Assembly: GCA_020199905.1 (NCBI GenBank)
Contig: JAIVJS010000021.1
Coordinates: 14,649 to 78,648 of the forward strand
Direction: 5' to 3'
Source: Acidobacteriota bacterium
Lineage (GTDB): Bacteria; Acidobacteriota; Thermoanaerobaculia; UBA5066; Gp7-AA6
DNA length: 64,000 bases
Of this stretch, positions 9,834-17,387 are shown piece after piece; the first letter of the stretch is position 1; the number at the start of each line of letters is the position of its first letter. The notes below the pieces were generated by a model. The model did not search any database, had not been told where the DNA came from, and saw nothing but the letters and a program-made list of their open reading frames with translations. A program made the translations under genes and the position numbers.

Positions 9834-10184
9834 TTAGAGCCGCAGGGCGGTCGGCAGGGAAGAGGGAGGAGGCGAGGCGGACGTGAAAGCGAGCGACGCA
9901 GGCGCCGCCGAGAAACCGGTGAAAATACGGCCGGGAGCCGCGGGAATCAACGCCACGAGACCTCGACCCGACGAAAAAGCCAGGCCCGCCCGAAGACAGG
10001 ACGTGGCCGAAGGCGATTCAAAGGCGCTGCTCCCGCAGTCCTGATCGCAGCACGAAGAAGAGCGAAACGAGTTGGGCGAAACGGGATCTGCGCAGCAGCT
10101 GGCGCACAAGGTCTGAGCGGATAGCCCCCCGGTCGCGAGGACGGCCGCCAGAACGAATCCCAGGAGTCGGAATCGAGGGGTCAC
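9834..10184 (-). CDS. Secreted Cys-motif leader protein (DUF2946/CutF-like candidate)
   Basis: Signal peptide, CASCC and CCDQDC, Pro-rich C-terminus SPPPSSLPTALRL; directly upstream of tolC. Confidence 0.6.
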   Translation of the reverse strand: MTPRFRLLGFVLAAVLATGGLSAQTLCASCCADPVSPNSFRSSSCCDQDCGSSAFESPSATSCLRAGLAFSSGRGLVALIPAAPGRIFTGFSAAPASLAFTSASPPPSSLPTALRL

Positions 10185-10264
10185 ACCCCCGTCAACCGGC
10201 GTCCCGAGCTATCCATTCCGGCGCCGGCCTGTTCCCTTCCGGCGGGCTCCGCCAACTAACGGGA

Positions 10265-10402
10265 TCAACGACAGTCGGGATGCCCGCAGCCGCATTTCCC
10301 GCCGGACATCTTCCCCTGAGCGCAGGCCTCGGAGCAGGATCCGTTGGGTTGATCTGTCTGACATTTGCACGCGGCATGCTTGCATCTGGTTTCTTCAGCC
10401 AT
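10265..10402 (-). CDS. Metallothionein-like small protein (45 aa)
   Basis: MAEETRCKHAACKCQTDQPNGSCSEACAQGKMSGGKCGCGHPDCR: 8 Cys, 2 His; GGAGG SD before ATG 10402. Confidence 0.75.
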   Translation of the reverse strand: MAEETRCKHAACKCQTDQPNGSCSEACAQGKMSGGKCGCGHPDCR

Positions 10403-10499
10403 TTCTTTCCTCCCTGGCTTCGGAGGATGCAAGACTCGCACCTCGCTGAACGCGACCTGCGCCAGGTCGGGTTCCTGGATCTCCCGCTTCTCTTTGCTC

Positions 10500-11027
10500 C
10501 TACGGCTGCGCCGACGCATCGCGCTCGTACTGCCTGCGACCATACCGGGTGAGGCCCCGCGGCTTGTACACCGACAGTGTCGTGGCCACGAGCAACACCA
10601 GCAGTGCGGCGCCGGCATCAGCCACGAGTTGAATTCTCAGGCCGCGGAGATCGGCACCGGACAATGGCATCCGTGCCGCGACGCCTGCCACGTAGGACGT
10701 TGGCCGCATGTGCACCACCAGGAGAACGGTCGCAAGGATGGTGATCAGGAGTTTGATCAAGACCCAGTAGTGTCGGAACAAACCCCACGTGGTACCCAGC
10801 GCCTGGATCAGCCCTGTGAGCAGCGACGCGACACTCAGGGGGACGATGACGAGCCAGCCGATCAACTCCATCGCGAGATAGGCGGCACGCACCCTCTGAG
10901 CGTCCTGGCTGGCCAGACCGGCGACGGCGAGTGCGAGGAAGCCAGCGACCGCGCCGAGCCAGCCGACCGAGGAAGTGACATGCGCGGTGAGGGCGAACTT
11001 GCGGAGGCGGGGTGTCATCGTCATCAC
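10500..11027 (-). CDS. DUF2269-like integral membrane protein
   Basis: LTAHVTSSVGWLG, WGLFRHYWVLIKL, LSVYKP; four TM segments. Confidence 0.75.
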   Translation of the reverse strand: MMTMTPRLRKFALTAHVTSSVGWLGAVAGFLALAVAGLASQDAQRVRAAYLAMELIGWLVIVPLSVASLLTGLIQALGTTWGLFRHYWVLIKLLITILATVLLVVHMRPTSYVAGVAARMPLSGADLRGLRIQLVADAGAALLVLLVATTLSVYKPRGLTRYGRRQYERDASAQP

Positions 11028-11212
11028 GGCATGTGGCCCCGGAAGCCGCCGCCGGTCAGATGCAGGATGACAAAGAGAAGGACCAGGACGATCGCGATGA
11101 GCCCGAAGACGTAGACCCAGCGTGGTGTGCCGGGGGTGGATACGAGGTCGAATTCCCGACGGCTGATTCCGTCGTTGCCCTTGGAGTCGGGTTGAGGGGG
11201 TGGATCGGGCAC
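11024..11212 (-). CDS. Small single-pass membrane protein
   Basis: TPRWVYVFGLIAIVLVLLFVILHLTGGGFRGH; its TGA overlaps the next ATG. Confidence 0.6.
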   Translation of the reverse strand: MPDPPPQPDSKGNDGISRREFDLVSTPGTPRWVYVFGLIAIVLVLLFVILHLTGGGFRGHMP

Positions 11213-11267
11213 AGGGTTTCTCCTCGTCTGAGGCGCGTCGACCTCGAACCGGGACGCGAGTTTATCG

Positions 11268-11280
11268 AGACAGTCTGTCT
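11268..11280. promoter_or_regulatory. Candidate TetR operator
   Basis: Perfect palindrome AGACAG-T-CTGTCT in the divergent intergenic region upstream of tetR. Confidence 0.55.
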
Positions 11281-11337
11281 TGTGTCAAGTCATAGCGTCT
11301 CGACAGACCGACACTCGCGTCGCGCATACTGGGAAGG

Positions 11338-11910
11338 ATGCCGAAGCTCTGGAACGAGACCATCGAAGCGCACCGCCGCGAGGTTCGTGACGCGATCCTG
11401 GACGCCACGGCGGCGCTGGTGGCCGAGCGCGGGCTGGCGTCGGTGACAATGTCGCGGATCGCCGGGGAATCCAGGATCGGGCGGGCGACTCTTTACAAAT
11501 ATTTTTCAGGCGTCGAAGCGATCCTCGTGGCGTGGCACCAGCGTCAGGTCAGAGCCCACTTCGAGTACCTGATCCAGGTTCGGGACCAGGCGGGCGATGC
11601 GGGCGAGCGGCTCGAAGCCGTCCTCGAGGCCTTCGCGCTCATTTCTCACGAGCACCATGGCACGGAGCTCGCGGCACTCCTGCATCGGGGGGAGCACGTC
11701 GCCCGAGCGCAGCAGCACTTGAGCGACCTGATTCGAGACCTTCTGACCGAGGCCGCAAAAACCGGCGATCTCCGGGACGATGTCTCGCCTGACGAGCTGG
11801 CGAGCTATTGCCTCCACTCCTTGACGGCAGCCAGCCGTCTCCGTTCCAAGGCCGCGGTCCGCCGGCTCGTCAAAGTCATTCTGGCTGGACTGCGCCCCGG
11901 TCCCTCCTGA
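11338..11910 (+). CDS. TetR/AcrR-family transcriptional regulator
   Basis: ILDATAALVAERGLASVTMSRIAGESRIGRATLYKYF helix-turn-helix. Confidence 0.95.
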   Translation: MPKLWNETIEAHRREVRDAILDATAALVAERGLASVTMSRIAGESRIGRATLYKYFSGVEAILVAWHQRQVRAHFEYLIQVRDQAGDAGERLEAVLEAFALISHEHHGTELAALLHRGEHVARAQQHLSDLIRDLLTEAAKTGDLRDDVSPDELASYCLHSLTAASRLRSKAAVRRLVKVILAGLRPGPS

Positions 11911-11946
11911 CGCTGTTTCCGCAACACGACAAATCGCCCTTTGTTC

Positions 11947-12870
11947 TCAAAAGCCCGCTCCGCTCCGGAGTCTGGAGAGCAGTTGCATCATGCCCGCCCA
12001 TTCGCTTCTCAGTTCGGGGATGTCCATCTGCCGGAACTGGCGGTCGGCTTCGCGCCCGTCCTGCCACAGGTGATCGACGTTGCCGCGGACGTCCTCCGGG
12101 CTCAACCCGCGCTCGTACCGTTCGTGAAAAGCGTCGGCTTGCTGCGCGAAGTGCTCGATGGCCTCGACAGTGCCCCTCCGGCCCTCGTCGTCCCGGTAGC
12201 GGCCCGTGAGCTGGCTCGTCAGGCTGGACAGGCGCGCGGAGCGTTCGGCAAGTTCATGGGCCAGCGCCGCGACCTGCTCCCGGTCATAACCCCGCCCCTC
12301 CGGTCTTCCCACCTCATACCGATCATTCGACCGGTCGTTGGAGTAATAGCCCGAGCCCGCCGGCGGGGCAACGTGCTCGTCGCGGTATTGCGGTTCCGGG
12401 GCGCCGTACTGGTTGCGTGCGAGATCCGATTGGTAGACCCGGATCATCTGGTTCAGCAGGATGACCACCTGGTTCCAGTCGCCGACCGTGTGGCGATCCG
12501 CGTTCCGGGAACGTCTCAGCCGGTATTGAACCGCTCTGGCGTCGCGCAGGATGAGGCGCAGTTCGTCGTCGACCTGCCAGGGCGCCGTGCGGTAATCGTC
12601 CATGCGGTCGTGAAACCGATTCGCGCGGTTGGCAAAGCTGTTGATCGACCTCAGGAACCGGGGGTCGTGACCGTAGAACCAGACTCCCTGGTGCTGTGCC
12701 TGGTCGTTGGCGTGCTGGGCCTGCTCGTCGAGCTCGTGCGCGAATTGACGCATTTGCTGGTAGCCGCGGTCAGACAGGGTGTCGTGATCCCCCCTCGCGG
12801 TGCCCGCGGCCAGAAACAGAAGCGCGAACCCTGCCCCGAGGAGCGCCGTCGTTCTGTTTTTCGCGTTCAT
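11947..12870 (-). CDS. Hypothetical secreted two-domain helical protein (paralog of 18502..19407)
   Basis: GGAGG SD, signal peptide, internal repeat (FAHELDEQA / LAHELAERS), shared YRTAPWQxDDELR motif. Confidence 0.75.
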   Translation of the reverse strand: MNAKNRTTALLGAGFALLFLAAGTARGDHDTLSDRGYQQMRQFAHELDEQAQHANDQAQHQGVWFYGHDPRFLRSINSFANRANRFHDRMDDYRTAPWQVDDELRLILRDARAVQYRLRRSRNADRHTVGDWNQVVILLNQMIRVYQSDLARNQYGAPEPQYRDEHVAPPAGSGYYSNDRSNDRYEVGRPEGRGYDREQVAALAHELAERSARLSSLTSQLTGRYRDDEGRRGTVEAIEHFAQQADAFHERYERGLSPEDVRGNVDHLWQDGREADRQFRQMDIPELRSEWAGMMQLLSRLRSGAGF

Positions 12871-13134
12871 GCTGTCGCCTCCCAACTCTTCGTTTCAGCA
12901 AGGAACGGTCCACATCGGAAGGGCTGTGTCCGGAAGCACTTGCGGGTCGCGCAGAAGCCGGAGTGTCCTCCCTCGGGGACGATTCGTAACCCTCCGACCA
13001 TCCGGGCGGCCTCGCCGCCGCCTCGGACGGCAGCGTCCGCGTCGATCTGGCATCCGGGGGAAGCTCTCCGCCCTCCCGGGGCGGTCCACCCGGGTGGAAT
13101 CCGGGGCGTGTCGTGAGAGTTAGGAAGCCTTGAG

Positions 13135-13578
13135 ATGAAGACCCGGAGTTGCTTCGCCGTCGCGCTCGCTCTGGTCCTGGTGGCGTTGCCTGTCTTCGCC
13201 GGGGTTTGCGACCTGCGGTGCGCCTCGGCGCAGGGCGCGATGCGTCGCTTCGGGGTCCAGGAGAGGGCAACCGAATCGACCACCGGTTCCGGTCTCGACG
13301 CCATGTCCTGCCCTCTTCACGCCGCCGACAAGTCGGATCCGGAGCCTTTTCCATCGTCTTCGAGTCCCTGCCATGGCCAGCGCGGCGGTGGCAGCGGCGC
13401 CGTTCTCGTGGCCGCTTCCGCCTCCCCCTCCTCGATGAGCTTCGGCCACTCTCCGGCATTCGAAGCCTCGTCCGTCCCCGACCTCGTGCGCGCCGGCGCG
13501 AATTCTTCTCGCTCCCGCGAGTCCGAGTTTCACCGAAGGCCCGGGTTCTCCCCGCTTCTTTCGATCCTCCGACTCTAA
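13135..13578 (+). CDS. Secreted Cys-motif leader protein (DUF2946/CutF-like candidate)
   Basis: Signal peptide ending VFA, CDLRC, SCPLH, CHG, C-terminus RRPGFSPLLSILRL; first gene of the beta-barrel operon. Confidence 0.6.
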   Translation: MKTRSCFAVALALVLVALPVFAGVCDLRCASAQGAMRRFGVQERATESTTGSGLDAMSCPLHAADKSDPEPFPSSSSPCHGQRGGGSGAVLVAASASPSSMSFGHSPAFEASSVPDLVRAGANSSRSRESEFHRRPGFSPLLSILRL

Positions 13579-13580
13579 GA

Positions 13581-13668
13581 CTTCGTTCAACCAGGTCGTC
13601 ACCGCTCCTCCACGCGTTGAAGCGCGCCGGTCGGAGCGGCTCAGCAGTCCGTGAACCTGTGAACGAGG
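13581..13668 (+). promoter_or_regulatory. Anti-Shine-Dalgarno stem between the leader ORF and the beta-barrel gene
   Basis: CUUCGUUCA (13581-89) pairs with UGAACGAGG (13660-68), which contains the GAGG SD of ATG 13678. Inner stem CCGCUCC (13602-08) / GGAGCGG (13633-39). Confidence 0.65.
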
Positions 13669-13677
13669 ACTCCCGAA

Positions 13678-15081
13678 ATGAAAGCATTTGCTCCCGCATT
13701 CGTCTTCGCGTGGCTGATCGCCGGTGGCGCTCTCGCGCAGCACGAGCATCATTCCTCCGCGCCGTCGCCGACACCCACCCCGGCCCCGGAGGGTTCGACT
13801 CCGGGCGATAAGGATCCGATGAAGGGGATGGACCACAGCCAGATGGATATGCCGATGACCGGCGAACCTGACGCCAGCCGCAACCTCTTCCAGTCCGACA
13901 TGAACCTGATGACGGGGATGACACCGCACGATCCGATGGCGGGCATGACCGGCATGACCGGCTGGCACCTGATGGATATGGGAATCGCGCGGCTGTCCTA
14001 CAACCGGCAGGGAGGCGCATCGGGAGGCAACAGGATCGAGTCCAGCAACTGGAACATGATTCATGTCCAGAAAGCGATCGGTCCGGGCCGCCTGTCATTG
14101 ATGATGATGAACTCCCTGGAGCCCGCGACTTTCGCCAAGCGAGGCTCTCCTGAGCTCTTCCAGACAGGCGAGAGCTTCCGCGGGGAACCCCTCGTCGATC
14201 GGCAGCACCCCCACGACTTCTTCATGAACCTCTCCGCGACGTACCGGCTGGATCTGGGGCCCGACGCGGGCGCCTGGTTTCAGCTTGCGCCGGTCGGCGA
14301 GCCGGCCCTCGGACCGACCGCGTTCATGCACCGCGCTTCCTCCGGCGACAACGGAACCGCACCGCTCGGGCACCACTGGCAGGACTCGACGCACATCGCC
14401 TACAACGTCGTCACGCTCGGGGGAGGCTGGAAGTGGCTCGCTCTCGAGGGTTCCGCTTTTCGAGGAAGAGAGCCGGACGAACACCGCTGGGACATCGACG
14501 GAGGCAGGATTGACTCGGCTTCTCTCCGCGCGAGGTTCTTCTTCGGAGGAGGCTGGTCCGGCCAGGTTTCCCACGGCTACCTGCGGCAACCCGAGGATCT
14601 CGTGCCCGGAAACACGCATCGGACGACTGCCGCCGTGGAGTATGGAGCGGAAGGCGACCGGCCCCTCGCGGTGACGCTGCTGTGGGGGAGGAACGTGGAA
14701 ACACACGGAACGAGTGACGCCTACCTGTTGGAAGGGGCCTGGCAAATGACGGCGACAGATCAGCTCTACGGCCGCGCGGAGCTCGTTCAGAAGGATCGCG
14801 AGCTTCTCGAAACGAAGCAGAGCTCCGGCGGCCGCGACGGCGGCGGGCAAGAAGAGCTCGTCCGGGTCGGTGCCTACACGGCGGGCTACGTTCGGGATTT
14901 CGACTGGGTGTCCGGACTGCGGACGGGGATCGGCGCCGACGTCACGGCCTACAGCTTTCCGTCGAGCTTGAAGCCTGTCTACGGCGACTTTCCGCTCTCC
15001 GTCCATGCTTTTCTGCGGCTGAGATGGGGCTCGCCCCACGCGGCCGCCGGACACGCGGGACATGCTGGAATGAAGATGTGA
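13678..15081 (+). CDS. Putative outer-membrane beta-barrel protein with His/Met-rich termini
   Basis: Signal peptide, QHEHH, MKGMDHSQMDMPM, amphipathic beta-strand pattern, C-terminal HAAAGHAGHAGMKM. Confidence 0.7.
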   Translation: MKAFAPAFVFAWLIAGGALAQHEHHSSAPSPTPTPAPEGSTPGDKDPMKGMDHSQMDMPMTGEPDASRNLFQSDMNLMTGMTPHDPMAGMTGMTGWHLMDMGIARLSYNRQGGASGGNRIESSNWNMIHVQKAIGPGRLSLMMMNSLEPATFAKRGSPELFQTGESFRGEPLVDRQHPHDFFMNLSATYRLDLGPDAGAWFQLAPVGEPALGPTAFMHRASSGDNGTAPLGHHWQDSTHIAYNVVTLGGGWKWLALEGSAFRGREPDEHRWDIDGGRIDSASLRARFFFGGGWSGQVSHGYLRQPEDLVPGNTHRTTAAVEYGAEGDRPLAVTLLWGRNVETHGTSDAYLLEGAWQMTATDQLYGRAELVQKDRELLETKQSSGGRDGGGQEELVRVGAYTAGYVRDFDWVSGLRTGIGADVTAYSFPSSLKPVYGDFPLSVHAFLRLRWGSPHAAAGHAGHAGMKM

Positions 15082-15118
15082 CCGGCGGCCTGAAGATCAC
15101 GAATCGGGCCCGTCCGAG

Positions 15119-15303
15119 ATGGATCACTCCACGATGAACATGAAGGAGTCAGGTTCGGGGACCTCCGGTATGGACTATTCGAAAATGAAACGAGCCGGAG
15201 GATCCGACGCCCAGCGACCTACAAGGAAACGACCTACTACTTCTGCTCCAGGGCGGATAAGGAGAAGTTCCTCTCCGATCCCGCGAAGTACTTGAAACGC
15301 TGA
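15119..15303 (+). pseudogene. Degenerate Met-rich/YHS-domain gene
   Basis: One frame gives MDHSTMNMKESGSGTSGMDYSKMK, another gives TYKETTYYFCSRADKEKFLSDPAKYLKR*. The DPVCGM motif is absent and the frames do not join. Confidence 0.6.
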
Positions 15304-15312
15304 GGACGCAAG

Positions 15313-15942
15313 ATGTCGAAGCCGAAAGGGATCCTTCTCGTCCTGCTTCTCGCCTTCCTCGCCGGGGGCGCGGTCTTGTTCGCCGGCATGGTTCGGCGCG
15401 GTTTCAGTGCTCGGGACACGCCGTCGATGCCGGAGGCCTTCATGGCGCAACGGATGCGCCGCTGGTCGATCCCCGCGAAGGCGCGGGAGATGAAGAATCC
15501 GTTCGCGGACTCGGCGGAAGCCGTCGCCGGAGGTCGGGCGCACTTCGCCGACCACTGCGCGACCTGTCATGGCAATGACGGGAGGGGCAAGACGGAGATC
15601 GGCCAGAACCTCTACCCGAAGGCGCCGGACATGTGGGGCAGGGAAACTCAGAAGCTCTCTGACGGCGAGATTTTCTACATCATCAAGAACGGCGTCCGTC
15701 TGACCGGCATGCCCGCGTGGGGACAGGACACCCCGGAAGACGATCGGCAGTCGTGGCACCTGGTCGCATTCATCCGTCACATGCCGCGGATCACGGCGGA
15801 AGAGCTCGAGGCGATGAAAGCGATGAATCCCGTCAGCCCCATGGAGATGAAGGAAGAGAAGGAAACCGACGAGTTTCTGGAGGGAGGCGACGCGTCGAGG
15901 CCGTCTCCCGAGCACAAACCGGCCGCCAAACACGGCCATTGA
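15313..15942 (+). CDS. Membrane-anchored c-type cytochrome
   Basis: CATCH heme motif, YPKAPDM, LSDGEIFYIIKNGVRLTGMPAW. Confidence 0.9.
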   Translation: MSKPKGILLVLLLAFLAGGAVLFAGMVRRGFSARDTPSMPEAFMAQRMRRWSIPAKAREMKNPFADSAEAVAGGRAHFADHCATCHGNDGRGKTEIGQNLYPKAPDMWGRETQKLSDGEIFYIIKNGVRLTGMPAWGQDTPEDDRQSWHLVAFIRHMPRITAEELEAMKAMNPVSPMEMKEEKETDEFLEGGDASRPSPEHKPAAKHGH

Positions 15943-15956
15943 AAAGGAGTCTGATC

Positions 15957-16283
15957 ATGAGAAAGATACTCGGATCCCTGGTTCTCGCCGCGACGGTCCT
16001 GGTTCCCGGAGCTCTTCTGGCGCACGAAGGCCATCGCCACGTCATGGGAACGGTGACCGCCGTCGACGCGACGCACGTGGAAATCCAGACGAAGGATGGG
16101 AAGTCGAGCTCGGTCCCGCTCTCCTCGTCCACGAAGTACTACAAAGGCAGCAAGGGCAAGACGGCGGGTGCGGCCTCGGCGATGAAGGTCGGAACGCGGG
16201 TGATGATCGATCTCGCAAAGGACGGCAGCGCGAGTGAAGTTCGGTTGCCGGCAGGCAGGATGAGCTCGTCGCACAAGATGTAG
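15957..16283 (+). CDS. Secreted small beta-rich (OB-fold-like) putative metal-binding protein
   Basis: AAGGAG SD, ATG 15957, signal peptide then HEGHRHVMGTVTAVD...KVGTRV; CusF/DUF5666-like pattern. Confidence 0.65.
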   Translation: MRKILGSLVLAATVLVPGALLAHEGHRHVMGTVTAVDATHVEIQTKDGKSSSVPLSSSTKYYKGSKGKTAGAASAMKVGTRVMIDLAKDGSASEVRLPAGRMSSSHKM

Positions 16284-16634
16284 TTCAGTGGCGCTGCGTT
16301 GCGCGTCGTCACTATGGATCGCCCCGAACGAGTTCGTCCGCGAGCCGCAATCGCGGGATCCGGTCGGGGCCCGGCTACGGTTCCGCAGCCTGGGAGGGAT
16401 GAGGCGGCTCACTCCGACATGGGTGCAATCCAGAAGCTGAGGGTCATATTCGCGACCCTGGCGGCGCTTGCGGCGGTGGTCGCATTTGGCGGGCCTCTTC
16501 GGAGATCTTGCGATGCGCTCAGGCGAAATGGCGGCGATCTTTTTCAGGCCTCGGATGAGCCACTCGCCGCGACGGGTCGCTAGCCTGCCGGCCGCGTCGG
16601 GCGGCTTTGCCCCGTGCGGTCCGTCGAGGCGGGG

Positions 16635-16835
16635 CTATTTCCGATGTCCCGACCAGTGAAAGTGGGCGATTCTCCAGCGTCCCTTCTCCTTCTTGAGCAG
16701 GGCCGTCTCCGTTCCGATTCGCATGACCGTCTTTCCCCCAACGGTCCCCGACGTTTCCGAAATGCGTAGGACCCACGCCGCGTCCTTCACGCCGCCCGTC
16801 CGGGATTCGATCACTCGGGTCGATGCGGGTCGAGC
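16635..16835 (-). pseudogene. C-terminal remnant of a SnoaL/NTF2-like (DUF4440-type) protein
   Basis: Translates as ...KDAAWVLRISETSGTVGGKTVMRIGTETALLKKEKGRWRIAHFHWSGHRK*; no N-terminal half. Confidence 0.55.
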
Positions 16836-17279
16836 TCAATGCGCCCCTGCGATCTGATTCCCGAGCTCCGCGGAAAGAGCTTCACGAATCCGGGCGTCGG
16901 ACCCGAGGTAGACGACGATCAGGGGCCCTCTGCGGAAGATGTGGGGCGGCGCGATCCATCCGATGGCAGTCGTGCCCACCGTCCCACCGGACGGGGCGAT
17001 CCGAAGCGAGTCCGTGAGGGCCGCGCTCTCCGTCGGGTACACGAACACCTGGAGGTCATCGCCATTGACGGTGTAGACGGATCCAGGGACGGCGAAAACC
17101 GCGGAGTCGAGCGGATTGGCATAAGCCACCCCCAGACCTCGGGCGCCGAGAGCGGCAGCGAGCTGCTCGGCTCCGGCCGGCCGCGGCCCTGCCGGTCGGA
17201 CAGGGCCGTTGCGACTGGAACATCCAGCGGCCCCGCAGATCAGGGCGACGAGGAACCCAAGGGCATGTCTCATGTTCAT
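16836..17279 (-). CDS. Hypothetical lipoprotein
   Basis: Lipobox-like GAAGC after a hydrophobic stretch; PPHIFRRGPLIVVYLG. Confidence 0.65.
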   Translation of the reverse strand: MNMRHALGFLVALICGAAGCSSRNGPVRPAGPRPAGAEQLAAALGARGLGVAYANPLDSAVFAVPGSVYTVNGDDLQVFVYPTESAALTDSLRIAPSGGTVGTTAIGWIAPPHIFRRGPLIVVYLGSDARIREALSAELGNQIAGAH

Positions 17280-17387
17280 CGGACGGCTTGCCCGCCGAAA
17301 GTCTCCGGCAGAAGAGGGGCTCGGCGAAAATGAAGAGGGCGAGACCCCCGTCTCGCCCTCCTGTGTTCTCCCGCTACCGGGGCGCAA

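Noticed and set aside
16836-16838. Second Sec read-through at the lipoprotein TGA
   Set aside because: Not at a Cys-motif position, no convincing SECIS hairpin, and the upstream protein looks complete.
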